Source: Macrostomum lignano
Lineage: Eukaryota
Reading direction: 5' to 3'
Assembly (NCBI GenBank): GCA_002269645.1
Contig: NIVC01000446.1
Coordinates: 530,078 to 594,077, forward strand
Length of the DNA stretch: 64,000 nucleotides
A program made the position numbers and the translations under genes. Under the pieces are notes generated by a model, which searched no databases, had not been told where the DNA came from, and saw only the letters and a list, made by a program, of their open reading frames with translations. This document shows positions 22,553 to 45,043 of this stretch, piece by piece. Within the stretch, counting starts at the first letter, position 1. Every line of letters begins with the position of its first letter.

Positions 22553-23277
22553 AAAATGAGTGCCTGCGGCGCTAAAATGAGTGCCTGCGGCGCCAAAATG
22601 AGTGCCTGCGGCGCCAAAATGAGTGCCTGCGGCGCCAAAATGAGTGCCTGCGGCGCTAAAATGAATGCCTGCGGCGCCAAAATGAGTGCCTGCGGCGCTA
22701 AAATGAATGCCTGCGGCGCCAAAATGAGTGCCTGCGGCGCCAAAATGAGTGCCTGCGGTGCCAAAATGAGTGCCTGCGGCGCCAAAATGAGTGCCTGCGG
22801 CGCCAAAATGAGTGCCTGCGGCGCCAAAATGAGTGCCTGCGGCGCCAAAATAAGTGCCTGCGGCGGCAAAATGAGTGCCTGCGGCGGCAAAATGAGTGCC
22901 TGCGGCGCTAAAATGAGTGCCTGCGGCGCCAAAATGAGTGCCTGCGGCGCTAAAATGAGTGCCTGCGGCGCCAAAATGAGTGCCTGCGGCGGCAAAATGA
23001 GTGCCTGCGGCGGCAAAATGAGTGCCTGCGGCGCTAAAATGAGTGCCTGCGGCGCCAAAATGAGTGCCTGCGGCGCCAAAATGAGTGCCTGCGGTGCCAA
23101 AATGAGTGCCTGCGGCGCCAAAATGAGTGCCTGCGGCGGCAAAATGAGTGCCTGCGGCCTCAAAATGAGTGCCTGCGGCGCCAAAATGAGTGCCTGCGGC
23201 GCCAAAATGAGTGCCTGCGGCGCCAAAATGAGTGCCTGCGGCGCCAAAATGAGTGCCTGTGGTACCAAAATGAGTGC
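22553..23277. repeat. 21-bp minisatellite, 35 copies
   Basis: Unit AAAATGAGTGCCTGCGGCGCC. The ORFs through it (MSACGAK / LILAPQA) are repeat artefacts. Confidence 0.97.
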
Positions 23278-23813
23278 TGAGAACACCGATTCTGAAAATA
23301 ATGAAAACTGCAAGTCTAACACAAACTCAGCAAATTAAGTTGCAGTTTCGGCCGGCGCGAGTTTCTGTCATTTGTACCCACCTCAAAATTTGCCTTCCAG
23401 TGTTTCTGCTGCTCATCCTGCCCATCACTATGGTGGTTGGCACTGTGACTCAGATCTCATCCGGCTGCCGAATCTGGTTGGACTCGCCCATCCTGCTCCT
23501 GGTCATCGGCCTGTGCTCAACCGTCATCGCAGTCATGGCGCCGCTGTTTCTCTTCCGACTGATGGGAATTCGCTGCCTTGAGGATCTGATCTCCATCTGC
23601 ACGATTGCTGTCATCACCATTGCCCTGGGTGCCATCATCTTTGCGCTGTTGCTGGTGATCACCGGTGGCATGCTGTTCCACCCGGAGAAGCAGGAGCAGC
23701 ACCGGGTGTGCAGCCAGTTCATTAAGAAGTTCATCATTGCCAGCGTCGCGGTGCTTTGGTTCTTCATAGCGCTGGCTCTACTGCTGTTCTGCTGCGACGT
23801 CATCATGTCCTGA
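23274..23813 (+). CDS. Four-transmembrane protein, TMEM272-like architecture; true start uncertain
   Basis: Four hydrophobic helices. LP..M.VG.....C.....P..L.VIG around TM1-TM2 and a Cys before TM4 resemble TMEM272 proteins. Possible acceptor GTTGCAG at ~23345. Confidence 0.65.
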   Translation: MLRTPILKIMKTASLTQTQQIKLQFRPARVSVICTHLKICLPVFLLLILPITMVVGTVTQISSGCRIWLDSPILLLVIGLCSTVIAVMAPLFLFRLMGIRCLEDLISICTIAVITIALGAIIFALLLVITGGMLFHPEKQEQHRVCSQFIKKFIIASVAVLWFFIALALLLFCCDVIMS

Positions 23814-26800
23814 CAGCCGCGGTAACAACCTGAAAGGGATATTTACTTTGAGTATAGAATTACAAATTGTCATTCTTATTGGGGGTGCTTCAAAAGAAAA
23901 ATATTAGTTAAAATTCGGTTTTTTTGTCAGTGCAACGTACAGGGCAAAAGTATATGGTCTGATGTAAGCTAATTTTTTGTATCGAATAAGTTTAGTTTTA
24001 TTCGCAAAGCAAATGCAAAATGAGCGCACAATGATATCAAAACTACTATTGACAATTAGTGATTTTACAAGTGATTTTTTTACAAACCGGAATTCTATGC
24101 TTTCCCAACTGGTTATGAATAGTCTAACATGTTACTTGAAATCCTGCCTCAATAATACGAAAATCGATAACTTCAACTTGCAGCCTTCAGCATTGCTTCC
24201 TTGTACTGGGCTTGCAGAAATTGTTGCTATTTGAAAAAAAAGGTAGAAATATTTCAAGTGGCATCTCTGCGTACACATCAAACCAATGCAAAATGGAGTG
24301 CATCTGTATAATTCGGAGTTGACAAGCGGACAAACAGACTTATTTTGTGTGGAGTTAATAGCTGGAGTAGAGTCCATCGTAGAAGTCGGCGTTTGAATAC
24401 GGCGACAGGAAACAGAATGGATGGTCCGGGACCATCGCTTGGAACAGAGCCAACCTCTCTGGCATCAACGCCCTCACAGGACAAAAGGCGAGCATCGCAG
24501 ATTCACGCGGACGTCAGGAACCAGACCGTTTAAGGTAGAAGAACTGCAGACAACTTCGCTGTAGCTCCCCATTGCCTGTCCACCATCGCGATCTCAGCGC
24601 CTTGTCTCGAAGTCGTCCGGAATGCAGAGGCCGAAAAGCAGCTCGGCAGCATCCAGTCTGGAGTGACTCTGACGTCATTGAGAATTTTTAACGCAGCTGA
24701 TAGTTTGCCGAGGCTGAAGTGCAGCTTTTATTGACTAAGAAGGACAAATTTTTCTTATCTGCTAAAGTACACTCAGATTACTCACTACAGCTTGTGTTTC
24801 ATCTGATTTTGCCAACAAAAAGCGGGTTTTTGCTGAAGCATTTCTGCAAATACTTTATTTTCTGTCTTTGGGACAATTCTTTCCATATTTTGCCTCTGCT
24901 GAAGAGAAATCTCCCTATAGCGGCTTGATTTCATCGCTTTTGCTTGAAAACGCTTTGCCTATTTTCAAAGATACGAGACAGGGATACAGTGAGCTCACAT
25001 CCTCTCTGAAAAAATGTGACAACCTGAGCAATTTATAAAGTAATCTTTTCTTTAATCTCCCTGCATCTCCCTATTCTTTTCAGCAAATTCAAATCTATGC
25101 AAGCATCGGGGACGCATGAGAGAGGCTGTGGGTATTTTTGGTAGCGAGAAAGCAGATCGCCAGCGCTTCAATGCTTAAATGCAGCCTCCCCCCCCAGGTG
25201 ATTCGCTTTTGAATTATGTAGCGCGCAAAACGGTGAGCTGGGGGAGTCGACCGGCTGTTTATTCCCCTCTTATCTCTCTCTCCCTATCCTCTCCATGCAT
25301 AGTTCGGATACAAACGCAGTCAATACGCTTTGTGCATCTGGGAAGGGCTCAACTATAAGCCTCAAGCACCTGGGTCTGCACAGTCAAAGTCGAGTAGAAA
25401 GAGAAAGGATGGCGGACACAGAGAGCTGCACGCAAAACGCAGCAATAAGGTAGAGGGAAGAGTCGGAACACACCTGAAGTCCTAGCCTAAGCCCTCGACA
25501 GAGGAGAGAGACAGTTTAAGATGAGGTTTAGTTAAACTCTGCCAATCTTCAGTGTCGCAGCGGTGTCTGCTATATAGTGCGACGTCAAGGATGCGGTCAC
25601 GAATTTTCGGACAGCAGCTTGTTCTCAAAGGATTGTATTTGAACTTTGAGTACTCGTATAAGATGAAGCTAATTATGCTTAAATATGCATAATTTTTTAA
25701 TACTTACAAGTGGCATTGGCTCAACTTTAGTTCCTACAAGCCCATGAAACTTTAGGCTTATGAAATTAACAAAATAGTATGAAAATGAAACTTTCCTGTT
25801 GCGCTTGTTAAATAAAAAGAATGCTAATCTTCACTGCACCAAATCAAATGCAATCATTGATTTTTCCTATCTCCGCAGTGTATTTTTTCGAGGAATTTGG
25901 CCTTCAAAAATACACGATCGTTGAGTTTAACGTCCTGTTATATTACAGTGATCCTTTTGGGGGGGGGGGGTAAATGGTTCTCCGTAAATCGAATTCTTAA
26001 GAAAAGAGGCCGACAATAAATCTCAAAAAAATGATTTTGACTGGCTAAGATTTTGGCCTTAGCCTGTCACAAATTATTGATTAATTTGGTCAGCTTTTCA
26101 GTGCGAATTTCCTTGGAATAAGAAGACTTTAAATTCTTCGGCTCCACTGCCGAAGATGCTGACAATCATTTTTGTTGTGAGCAGCATCCTCGTTGTGCGT
26201 AAAAAATCAGACACTCTAGCTATGTTAAAACCGCAGGTTACAACAGCTTCTGTTACAGGCGTCAGTGCTGATCAGCTGACCATCTCATGGCTTACATGTC
26301 CTATATACTATATAGGCTCTATCCAGACAGTCTTCTTATCTCTGGCCAAGGAGAACCACAGCTAGAATCTGGAATGACTTGCACAGCAGGAGCACAACAA
26401 GTAAGCTGTCGGCTGACTGACAGGCAGCGCAGACAGCAGTTGATAATCACCTGACAGGTGGGAACAACCACTGCCCTGAGCTGCCCTCGGCGCCTTCGCC
26501 ATTCTGTGAGACAGGGAGGCTGAATGCTCACCCACGCGCCCCCTCACTGAGCCTCGTCCTCGCCTCACCTACCCAACTGTTCCCCAGCTACTCCCCATCC
26601 CATGCCTCAGCCTCTCATCTTCATTGCATCCTCTTCTTCTTTCTGTCGTCTCCGTTTTCTATTTCTCCCCTATCTTCCAGCGGGTTCCCAGAGCTCTGTT
26701 TAAATGTGAGCGCGACTGTCCCCATGTGTGGAACGTTCACCTCGCACTAGAGTATCCAAAGTTCTTTGATTGCAGATCCCTCTGACTCCTCTGTTACTGC

Positions 26801-26910
26801 TGCTGTCCCGTTGACCCTGCCCGCATCCTAACTGGGGAGCTGAAAATTAATACACTGAGCGACTGGGAGAAGCGATCAAAGGCGTAAGAAGACACTGAAG
26901 AAAAGGTAAT

Positions 26911-27738
<828 letters not shown>

Positions 27739-27952
27739 TATACACTTGTCTATAGTCTAATGTGCGGAATATGCAGCTCATTGAATTTTATTGAATGAAA
27801 TGAATTTAGTTCCTAAAAAGGAATTCATCAAAAAGTGAATTAAAAAGCCAAGAAAATCCTCATTGAAAAGATCGGAAGAAGTGATGGAAATTGCACTTTT
27901 GCCTAATTAATTCCAATGCTTAATGGCTAGTTTTTTACATTATTTTTTACAG

Positions 27953-36227
<8,275 letters not shown>

Positions 36228-38175
36228 TTATAGAAAAAGTTGACAGTACAATTTTAGTTTTAAAATATACTTTCTACATGTATCTGCCGCAATGTCGAGT
36301 TATTATCCATTCGTGTCGCTGTATTTTCCCAGACTTTATTCCCGCTTGCTTCACTCTAACTGCGAGTTGAGTAACTGTACTTTTCGAATATTGAAACTTG
36401 TGAAAATTATTGGTCTCCAACTTCGCTGCATAATGCATTGGCGAGATGGGAAGTTGTAAGTTTCTTTATGTCAGTAAATTTACAACATGTCACCCCCCGA
36501 TGTTTAGCCAAGCTAAAGGTAAGATAACATGTATGTGTCGTGCCGCCCATGTTTATCAAGCTGTATTTAAGAACTAGCTACTCAAGAAGGTCGGGGAACA
36601 ACGTTTCTTGAAAATTTTTAGTAGGCAGATTTTTCCCGAAAATACATGTACGCTACGGGGAATGGAAGTTTTCAGTTTTTCATTAAACTTTTTTAATTGC
36701 TTTTTATTAAAGACATAATGTTCATAATTTGATATGACTTGCCTTTCTTATAGCTCTACTGATTTTTGTAGAACCTGCCTCCTAAAGATTTTTCCAAGAA
36801 AGTTCGTTTCCTGTTCTTCTACTTGACAAAAAAGTAAATCTTTGCAAAGTCTGTTTAGAACTCACAACTGTACAGGTAATGCTACAACACTGAAAAATGA
36901 CTACTTTTGCTAATGGGTTTTTTCAGCGAGCTAAAGTTTTCCGATTCGACCAACTTTTATCGTGCTGTATGACTACAGTGGCGCGAATGACGTCTGCCAA
37001 GCAGCTTTAGGCAGTTACTTTTCGCCTATATAACCATCGGATGAAATAACAGCTATGTCAAGTTGATCTACGTTCGAATACGTTAAGTCCAGGATATAGC
37101 TAAGTCCGATTTATCCAGTCAAACTAAATACAATTATTGGTAGTTGAAGCTTTGTGCGTTAACTTCGCTATTAATTCAAATTCAAATTAATTGCAACAAT
37201 TACGAGACCTTCTCTGAATTTTTTACTACAGATACATGAAATCGTCCGTTTACATTTTAATAGAAGTGAAAAAATATCTTTTTTACTATTATTCAAAATT
37301 TCTCAAACATGTTTTGCTTCGCTTTTATTCTTCAAAACTGAATAAAAACTTTTAGCTTTAAAGTTATTTTATGATTTCGAGAAGTTTTCATTTTGTTCTT
37401 AATGATTTTTACGAGTGCTAAAATTAACATTATTTATTATTGCTTGCTGTGACGATACAAAAGTTCCACTGATTCGAGATTGTTATTAAAAACGTTCTCC
37501 AGAGTAAAAGTGAATTTAGTACTGTACATATGGCAACATCGACAAGAAACAGAAACAGAAAATAATTTTACTTTGATTAAACGACTTTAATTTCACATGT
37601 ACATGCACTCCAGCTTGACAGTTAGCTATAGGTAACAAAGGCAATTCAAACAATTTATAAGCATCTGCAATAAAGACCTTAGATTTCCAACGCATTCAAA
37701 GAAAATCCACATTTAATATCGAATTTCTGTCACTAAAGATTCTTTCTAAAGCCGAAATCGTTAGTCACATTGAAGTCTCTCTTAAAACCGTTTTGTGTGA
37801 TGACGCAGAACTGCTGTGCTGCCGGTGGAACCCTTGTGTTTTTGGCAAGCGAATTCAGGGTGAAATAAGCGGCAAGGGATAGAGGGGAACGGCCTGTGTG
37901 TAATACCATGGCTTCCCGGCTTGTAAACTATTCGCTCTGGGAGCTTCGCTGTGTGTACAGAAAAGACCTTTTAAATTTCCCACGACCGAATGGATTGGAT
38001 GCTATCGGCCCTTATCGGCTGCCCCCCCCCTCTCTCTCCCTAACCCTTAAAGCTTCCTCTAACCGAGTGTGTATCGTTTGGTACCATATATGTATTCTGC
38101 TGCTGCATTCTGCGACAGAATACCAGTGATCCACACGCGAAAGACTACCCTGGGCTTGCAGTCAGATCGTCTTCA

Positions 38176-41100
38176 ATGAAATCTCTACTAAAAATTCAGG
38201 CTCTCACAGTGCTGCTTCTATTCAACTCGTGCAACGAGGTGTTAGCAACTGAAACTATGAGCGACACTGGGAGCCCTTTGATGCTGTCACAAGCCGGTTG
38301 GTACGCCTGCCTGCTCTACAATGACAGTCGCGGTCTCAACTGTGACATCTTTGCCAGCGATGTTGCAAATGCTATTAGGCTTCTCCCGCCACTGCCCCGG
38401 ACCATCTCCAGTCTGGCACTGGTGCTTCAGCCAGCGACAGACGAGCCTGCAGCTGACCAACTGTTGCCAGTCGACACCTTGGTGCGGTATGGTCCAATCG
38501 AATCATTATTCGTGAGAAGCCACAGACGTCGCCCATTTGGCCTGGCCGAATGCGGTCTAAGTCCACTTGCGGCCAGTCTGCGTTCTCTAGAATTCATCGG
38601 CTTCTGTGGAATTATTGGCAGTGAACTAGCCAGCAATGATCCATTCTGTGATGCGCAGATTAATCTGACCAGTTTGAAACTGAGCTTGACTCCAGGCAGC
38701 GCCAGCTGCTGGGGATGCTATTCGCCTGCCACAATCATGGATCGAAATTCATTCAGCCTGAAGGAACTGCACCTTAGCTTGCCATCCGACTGCAGTCTGG
38801 CTAGGTTACAGGTGGAAAATATGCCTCGACTGGAGAGGCTGTCCTTGCGCACGACTTCTCTGACAGGAGACGCCAATGAAGCAAACAGTGACAGCAACTC
38901 CATAAATAGTCAAAGAGAGCTGCGCTATGAAGAAGAGAGCCTGTCTGGCATGCGGTTTCGCAATTTGCCTAACCTTCGGTCTCTGTTTCTGACACTCTAT
39001 CACAAGATGGTCAAGTGTGACAATGGCAGCGTGTTCGAATCGGAGTCATTCGTGAATCTCACCAGCCTGGAGTCAATCAACATTGGCAACATGCTTGTAT
39101 GTGAGTAAACTCGTACCAAATTTTCTGTAACAGTGAATGAGAATAGTTAATGAAAACAAAACAACTTCAGCCCCGTTCAAAGTTGGGCCATAGACGGTTC
39201 CACTGTCTGACTTTCATATCCGTTCCCCCTATCCAGAGCTGCCGATTCAAATGCATTTTATTGGAATTTGAGCTTAGAATTTCACCATCCTCTCTCTTAA
39301 TGATCGCAGTATTGATTTGGTCAGCCAAGTTGATAGTTAAGCTAACAAGGTTCCATCTTCACTGCATAGAAGTCGATATTTAAGCATGATTTATATGAGA
39401 GAGGCTGCTGCTGGCATCCTTCTTTGTGCTGATGTCTAAGGTCGAATTCTCAACTTACAGTGTACTCGTCTTTTTTCCGCATTCACATCTGAGATGATAG
39501 GCAGTGCAGTAGACGAGATAATCAGATAATTTGGTGAAATAGAATTTCTATGATATATTTTATTCGAGACCGGGTGAATGATGCGAAATTTGGGCCAACC
39601 TGGTAACTTGTGGTAGAGGATTTTAGCTTTCTAGACGTATTTCTACACTCGTGTATCTATTTTTGCGTTTCCGCAGCTGTCGGGGCCTCGCTAATCTCGG
39701 CCGGCAACAAACAAAACTGGTGCGAGCTGCTGGCACCGGGAGCCTTTCAAGCCGGCTCTGAAGCAATCCGGCATGTCAGTCTTGGCGCCGGCTTCATGAT
39801 GCCGCTCAGCATCAACCTGCGGAGTAACCCGGATCTGCTGCGCTGCCGCAACTGCTCCGAACAAAGACTAGTGATTGGCGAGTCCCCCTGGATGACGTCA
39901 TTGTTTTTTACGAACCCGAAGCGCTGCCAGCTGCTGCTGCCAGTAGATCAAGCGCTAAATGTTACACATTTACGCGTCGGCAAGTGTACGTTTGGCCCTA
40001 TAAATTCCAGCCTTCTTAGTTTATGGCCGCGTCTTCGCTCAATTGTTATGGACAACACTGACAGCAATGATGGGCCCAAGGATGACATCAGAGAATGGAA
40101 TTCATTCCGAGCCGGTCGCGGTTCAGTTGGTGAAAATCATTTTCTCGTGACGCAGCTGAACTTAGACGACTTCATTCACTATGCCGGAACCAATGCGAAG
40201 CTTCAACAGGTGACACTGACCGCTCGGGAGTGCTTGTGTTCGGCTGGCAATTTCAGCGATAACTTGCCGAGGCAAATACCAGAATCGCAGGCGATTCTAG
40301 TCTCTATTGGCTGCGCCAACCTCAATTCTGCAGATCCGTTTACTTCTCTGGCTTCGGCGCTGGAAGGTTGCCGCGAGTTTGCCATTTTTCCAATCAGCAT
40401 TCGGCAGTTTCTCGCCGCCCAAGAAGGCCAATGTGTCAGCTTCAACACAAGCGTTTCATGTGTTTTAACGAGCAGTTTCTTTGTCAGCTCTCTGCCTTTG
40501 CCATATCCGGTAGATCGCTTTGATTGCCTGATGAGGATAGTAGTCCCGACTTTATCGCGTCTTTTTCTGGCAAAAGCGCAAAATCTGCGCACCTTAGTAT
40601 TTTCTGGGTCACACTACTCCAGCTTTCGGACTGTGGGGCTTTGCGACATCGAGGACGGCGCCTTTGAGGCATTGCATAACTTGGAAACACTCGTGTTGCG
40701 CAATAACCTTCTCAGCAAGATTAATGCGCACACATTCACGGGACTTAGCCGGCTTCGACTGCTCGACTTGTCCACTAACTTCCACCTTAAGACAATTGCT
40801 GCCGAAGCATTTAAGCCAGTGGCAACAACAGTACAATTCCTTCGAATGACAGTGCGCCAACCAGATGACCTACCAAAATGTATCAGCCAGTCTAATCTGA
40901 CGCATCTTGAAAGCTTTAACATTGAATTTTCTTTTAGCCTTGATGAGCCCAACCTCGAGACAAAGCTGCTGCATATCGACCTACCAGAGGGTAGCGTTGC
41001 TAATCTGCCGTTACTGCGCAAGCTCGCCATTTCACTGCATGACTACTGGCTGCCTCGGCGGGTCCTGCTGCGCCGTCACAGCATTGCACACCTGCCTAGT

Positions 41101-41796
41101 CTGCGAAGCCTGTCTATTCACGCAAACCACCGAGACTCGACCATAACTATGGAACCAGAAGCCCTTTATCGCTTGGCTCAAGGCCACGATGGTTTAGGGC
41201 TTCGGTACCTGTCTCTGCTGTCGCTGAAGCCTCCCGTGCCAGTTTCTATTTGGCGCGAACTTCTGTCTGGATCCGTGAGCGGCGGTCAAGAAGCAATTAT
41301 AAACTTTGCAGCCGCGCCAACAGAGTTCATTTTTCACAACTTGGCGTCTTCTGCTAATCTGAGCTTTAACGCTAGCCGCTTGACTTTAAGCGTGAGTAGA
41401 GGCTGTCATCTACTGACTCGGCGAGATCTGAGTGACCTGGGACGCCTGTTTCCAAGGCTTCGTCGGCTCAGCTTGCAGTCATTCTTGGCCATCAATTTAG
41501 GAGATGATGAAAACCTTCTCACTGACTTGAGGTCAGCTGCAATCTTCTTGACGCGACTCGATGCGGTGCCGAACAACTGCACAGCGCTTTCCACAGTCAT
41601 TAGGCCGCGATTTCTAGATGGCGTTAACTTCAACGAATCTCTTGTTGGACCCCGACTCAAGCTAAGACTTAGCTGCCCGAAAACGGGCGGAGAATGCAAC
41701 TTTTACAATTTTGCCTCTATGCCGATTCAAGGTGCTAAAAGTTTGCAGCCTTTGATAGCCATCTCTGCGCTTGTTTGGATGGTTAGTTTCTTTTAG
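38176..41796 (+). CDS. Secreted/GPI-anchored leucine-rich-repeat protein, 2 exons, ~1014 aa
   Basis: Exon 38176-39100 (signal peptide MKSLLKIQALTVLLLFNSC; donor T|GTGAGT) joins 39677-41796 (acceptor TTTCCGCAG) in phase 1. Canonical LRRs LETLVLRNNLLSKI and LRLLDLSTN, many degenerate LRRs, and a C-terminal hydrophobic tail PLIAISALVWMVSFF with no cytoplasmic domain. Confidence 0.82.
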
Positions 41797-41980
41797 ACAT
41801 GGTCATGTTTGCTTGACTTCCCCAGAAATCATGCCCAATGTCCATATAAGACTTTACTGCCTAATTATATTAGAGCAAATTTACACAGGGTGTACAGGCC
41901 CATAGCAGTGTACGGTACAAGGACTAATAAGTAGGACTGGAAACTAACGTTTCTTGGAAAATTTTAGGACCCAGGTTTTA

Positions 41981-42171
41981 CCCAAAAATACATTACGGAG
42001 AATGGATCGGTTTTATCATTTTATCATTCTTAGCTGACTGTGTAACAAAATGTCAAATGCCAAAGAGCTATAAAAAGGCAAGTCATATCAAAAGATGTCT
42101 CCTTTAAAACGTAATAATAATGTTTGTCCTGAAAATGAAAAACCTCCATTCTCCGCAATGTATTTTTCGGG
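41981..42171. mobile_element. MITE-like element with ~26-bp inverted repeats
   Basis: CCCAAAAATACATTACGGAGAATGGA ... TCCATTCTCCGCAATGTATTTTTCGGG. A related partial copy lies at ~36595-36790. Outer boundaries are uncertain. Confidence 0.5.
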
Positions 42172-42790
42172 TATTGAATAGAAATTAATAAATCCTAGTA
42201 CTACTGGACTACCTTCGGAACAATTAAATAACCAAAACTACACTTATAATAATTGGCACTGGACGTAGTCCAAGAGTTGCGGACTTTAACATGGTCTTAA
42301 AATATTGCCATTTCAACTACCTATTACAGTGCGTAAAGTCGTGGTCTAAGTTTGCATGCATTCTGCCGCTTTTTTGACATAAAATATACAATAATGATAA
42401 GTTTCTAGATAATAAACGTTGTGTCAGTATCTATGAAGATTCACATATAGCTATATGATAAATTACTACTTGAGCATTTTAGCCGCTCTTGGTCCAACAG
42501 CTTCTTTACTTTCAGTTCAGTAGTGAAAGGCAGAGTGTGTAAGCTATTTTTATGAAAATAAGGCTGCGCTAAAGAGTGACTTGTTAGGTCGTAAAAAACT
42601 TGCTAATCGGTGCAATCGTAATGTACATTAGTCAGCCAGCGCTACTGAAAATGTACATTTCGGCTTTCGGACGGAGCACTGAGGGAGGCAATAAAAATAG
42701 GGTTGGTGGCGGGGTAAAGGTTTGTGTGGAAGGACACGGTCGGACGGTTAAGGGCCTATAGAAGGGTTTTTTCCTAGAATACATTGTATT

Positions 42791-42893
42791 GTCTATGATC
42801 AAAACACTGTCTATGGTAAAAAACCGTCTATGGTCACAAACCGCGTCTATTGTCAAAACACTGTCTATGGTCAAAGCACCGTCTGTCTACCGG
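42791..42893. repeat. ~18-bp array of GTCTATGG-type units
   Basis: Units start at 42791, 42809, 42826, 42845, 42863 and 42881. Confidence 0.8.
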
Positions 42894-43562
42894 TATGACG
42901 CAGGCACAGATACAGTATTGAATTTAAGACACAGGGCAGTTAAATTCAGACAAGTCATGCCCGCCCTGCAAATGAAGCTTGAGAGTCCATCAGACGAGAT
43001 CAATCTACAGAACTGGCGTTCCATGGTAACTGCAGAGAATCATGGGTTGAATATGGTTGGCCGTGTCTTAAATTGAATGCTCGACTTCCTAAATCAGTGT
43101 TGCCACTACAACAACCAAAGAAATTATCACAGAATAAGAAAAAAATCGCAGGAACAAATTTCTTATTTGTCATAGAGAAAAAGGCGCCAGTATGCGAAAA
43201 CAATTTTTTTTAGTTTTCCATTTCTAATTCCATCTTCTATTTGACCAAAAAGAACTACTACAATTTGCAATAACTCTCATTTACGCCGAATCAGTGAAGT
43301 AGTCATACAACACAAGCATTTTCTTAAGGGAAGACAGGCATACATATAATATAGATTACTGATGTTCATTATGGAACCGACCCGAGCAACCAACTAAAAC
43401 ACAAGACGCTACGACCGCTGATGAGTAACAGCAATTGTCATTAACTTTTCTTAGCTCAAGTGTCCGTTTTCGGGGTATCAATGAATGAAATTTCGTCTCG
43501 AATTTTCTTAGCCTATGGTAAAACAAGTTCCAACCAAGTATGCTTTTGTATTTCAAAAGAAA

Positions 43563-44447
43563 TTATACTTTTATAGGAATATTATGATTTAGTTTTCTTT
43601 TACGCTTTCGTACTTTTATAATTTCGTACGTATCGTACATGCGCGCCTTCTTGGCATCCTGGAACTCGCTGGGTTTTAACGAAGCCTTTGAATTCTTGCT
43701 GATAATTTCATGGTTTAGAGCGACATACTCTCTGCCTTCCGAGTCCTTTTGAAAAACGAAGCTTGCTTTGTCTAGCAAAGGGAGCGTCTCTCGTCCACGT
43801 AGTCCGAAATAGTAAATTAGGTGGAATATTACCTCCTGCTGCAGTGCTGCGCCGTTTGTCCGATCAAAGTAGGCCATGATTTTGACCAGATCGTTCTTCT
43901 CGATGGCAGCGAATTAGTCTCGGACCTTTGGCTGGTTTGCGCGCTTGTATTTTTGGACCATGGACACTAGCATCTGATTGGCAGCGGTAAACATGGGATC
44001 TCCGATAATGTTTACTCCTGGACGGTTGAGATTGAAGAACCTACAAGGTCCGGCTCGAATGCAAATCAGTGTTGGAGGCGCATAGAACAGGCCATCCTAG
44101 GTCCTTAGCGTTGAATAGAAGAAATGCAGATAGTTGTTCAAAATAGTAGGAGGTACTCGCATCAGACCTGATGATAATTGCTTATCAGTCAAAAACGTTT
44201 GAAACCTCCTCACAGCGTCCGCCATCTGTCTTTCAGAGGACTTCGGGATTCCTTCTCGTTCAATTTCTTTAAGTTCCTCGAGCGCATCTTCGCTTAGGTC
44301 CTGAATCTCTTCAGCGTCTAGTTGTCGAGCGAACTCGCCACTCAATTCTTCCAAATAGCGGGTTGCTGACTCTGACGACACCCAATTCAACTCCTCTGTT
44401 GACAGACCACTGATAAGTTGGTCGGGCAGATTCGCGTAGTTCAACAT
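43563..44447 (-). pseudogene. Decayed Crypton-type tyrosine-recombinase (DUF3504-like) transposon ORF
   Basis: One frame from 44447 to 43563 broken by TAG (44097-99) and TAA (43914-16). Reads FYSTLRT*DGLFY...ICIRAG..RF, LQQEVIFHLIYYFGLRGRE and QKDSEGREYVAL...SKN, typical of Crypton/ZMYM/KCTD1-type YR domains. The C-terminal H-x-x-R...Y motifs are not visible. Confidence 0.75.
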
Positions 44448-44878
44448 TCTTAGTCAGTAGTTGATTAGACAGACAGAACTTTCTAGAATCGTTGCTTCAA
44501 AACGCGGCTCCATAGCCCCGTCCTCTCGATTAATCCGAGTGTTTAGTCTATGGCACAAAGATTTGCCCATCCACCGAAAAAAATAGCCTTCGACCATAGA
44601 CTTTCTCAACTTTCTGCCTATCTCTAACATAGTGCCCTCAAAATTCCCCATTGACAACTGCAAAATTCTATGTTAATGTTATATTTTACAACTAAATTTC
44701 GTGCTATATTCCAGTTGTCTGAATCTGTTCTCAATTCTATATAGCTGAAATGAATTCTTTTAATATTTTAATTGTTGATCAATGTCGGTTACTGTAGGGG
44801 AAGAAATACTTTTACGTGAATCTTTGTTTGGCTAGTCAAACGTTAGTCAGGCAAAACTGCAGGCTCTTCAGTGGATGT

Positions 44879-45043
44879 TCATTTTTTCTTTGGAACCTTT
44901 GGCAGGACAGATCGAGCGCCGAACTCCGCCTGTCTCTTTCGCCGAGCCGTTTCGTCAGCAGCTTTCCTTAGTGCTCGCTCGACCGCAGCATGCTCAATCT
45001 CCTTTCGCCGAGCTTCAAAACCGGAGGCTTGCACAGCCTCACG
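44879..45043 (-). CDS. Putative orphan terminal exon (charged helical peptide)
   Basis: Acceptor CAATATAG then open REAVQASGFEARRKEIEHAAVERALRKAADETARRKRQAEFGARSVLPKVPKKK*; parent gene not identified. Confidence 0.35.
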   Translation of the reverse strand, partial: REAVQASGFEARRKEIEHAAVERALRKAADETARRKRQAEFGARSVLPKVPKKK

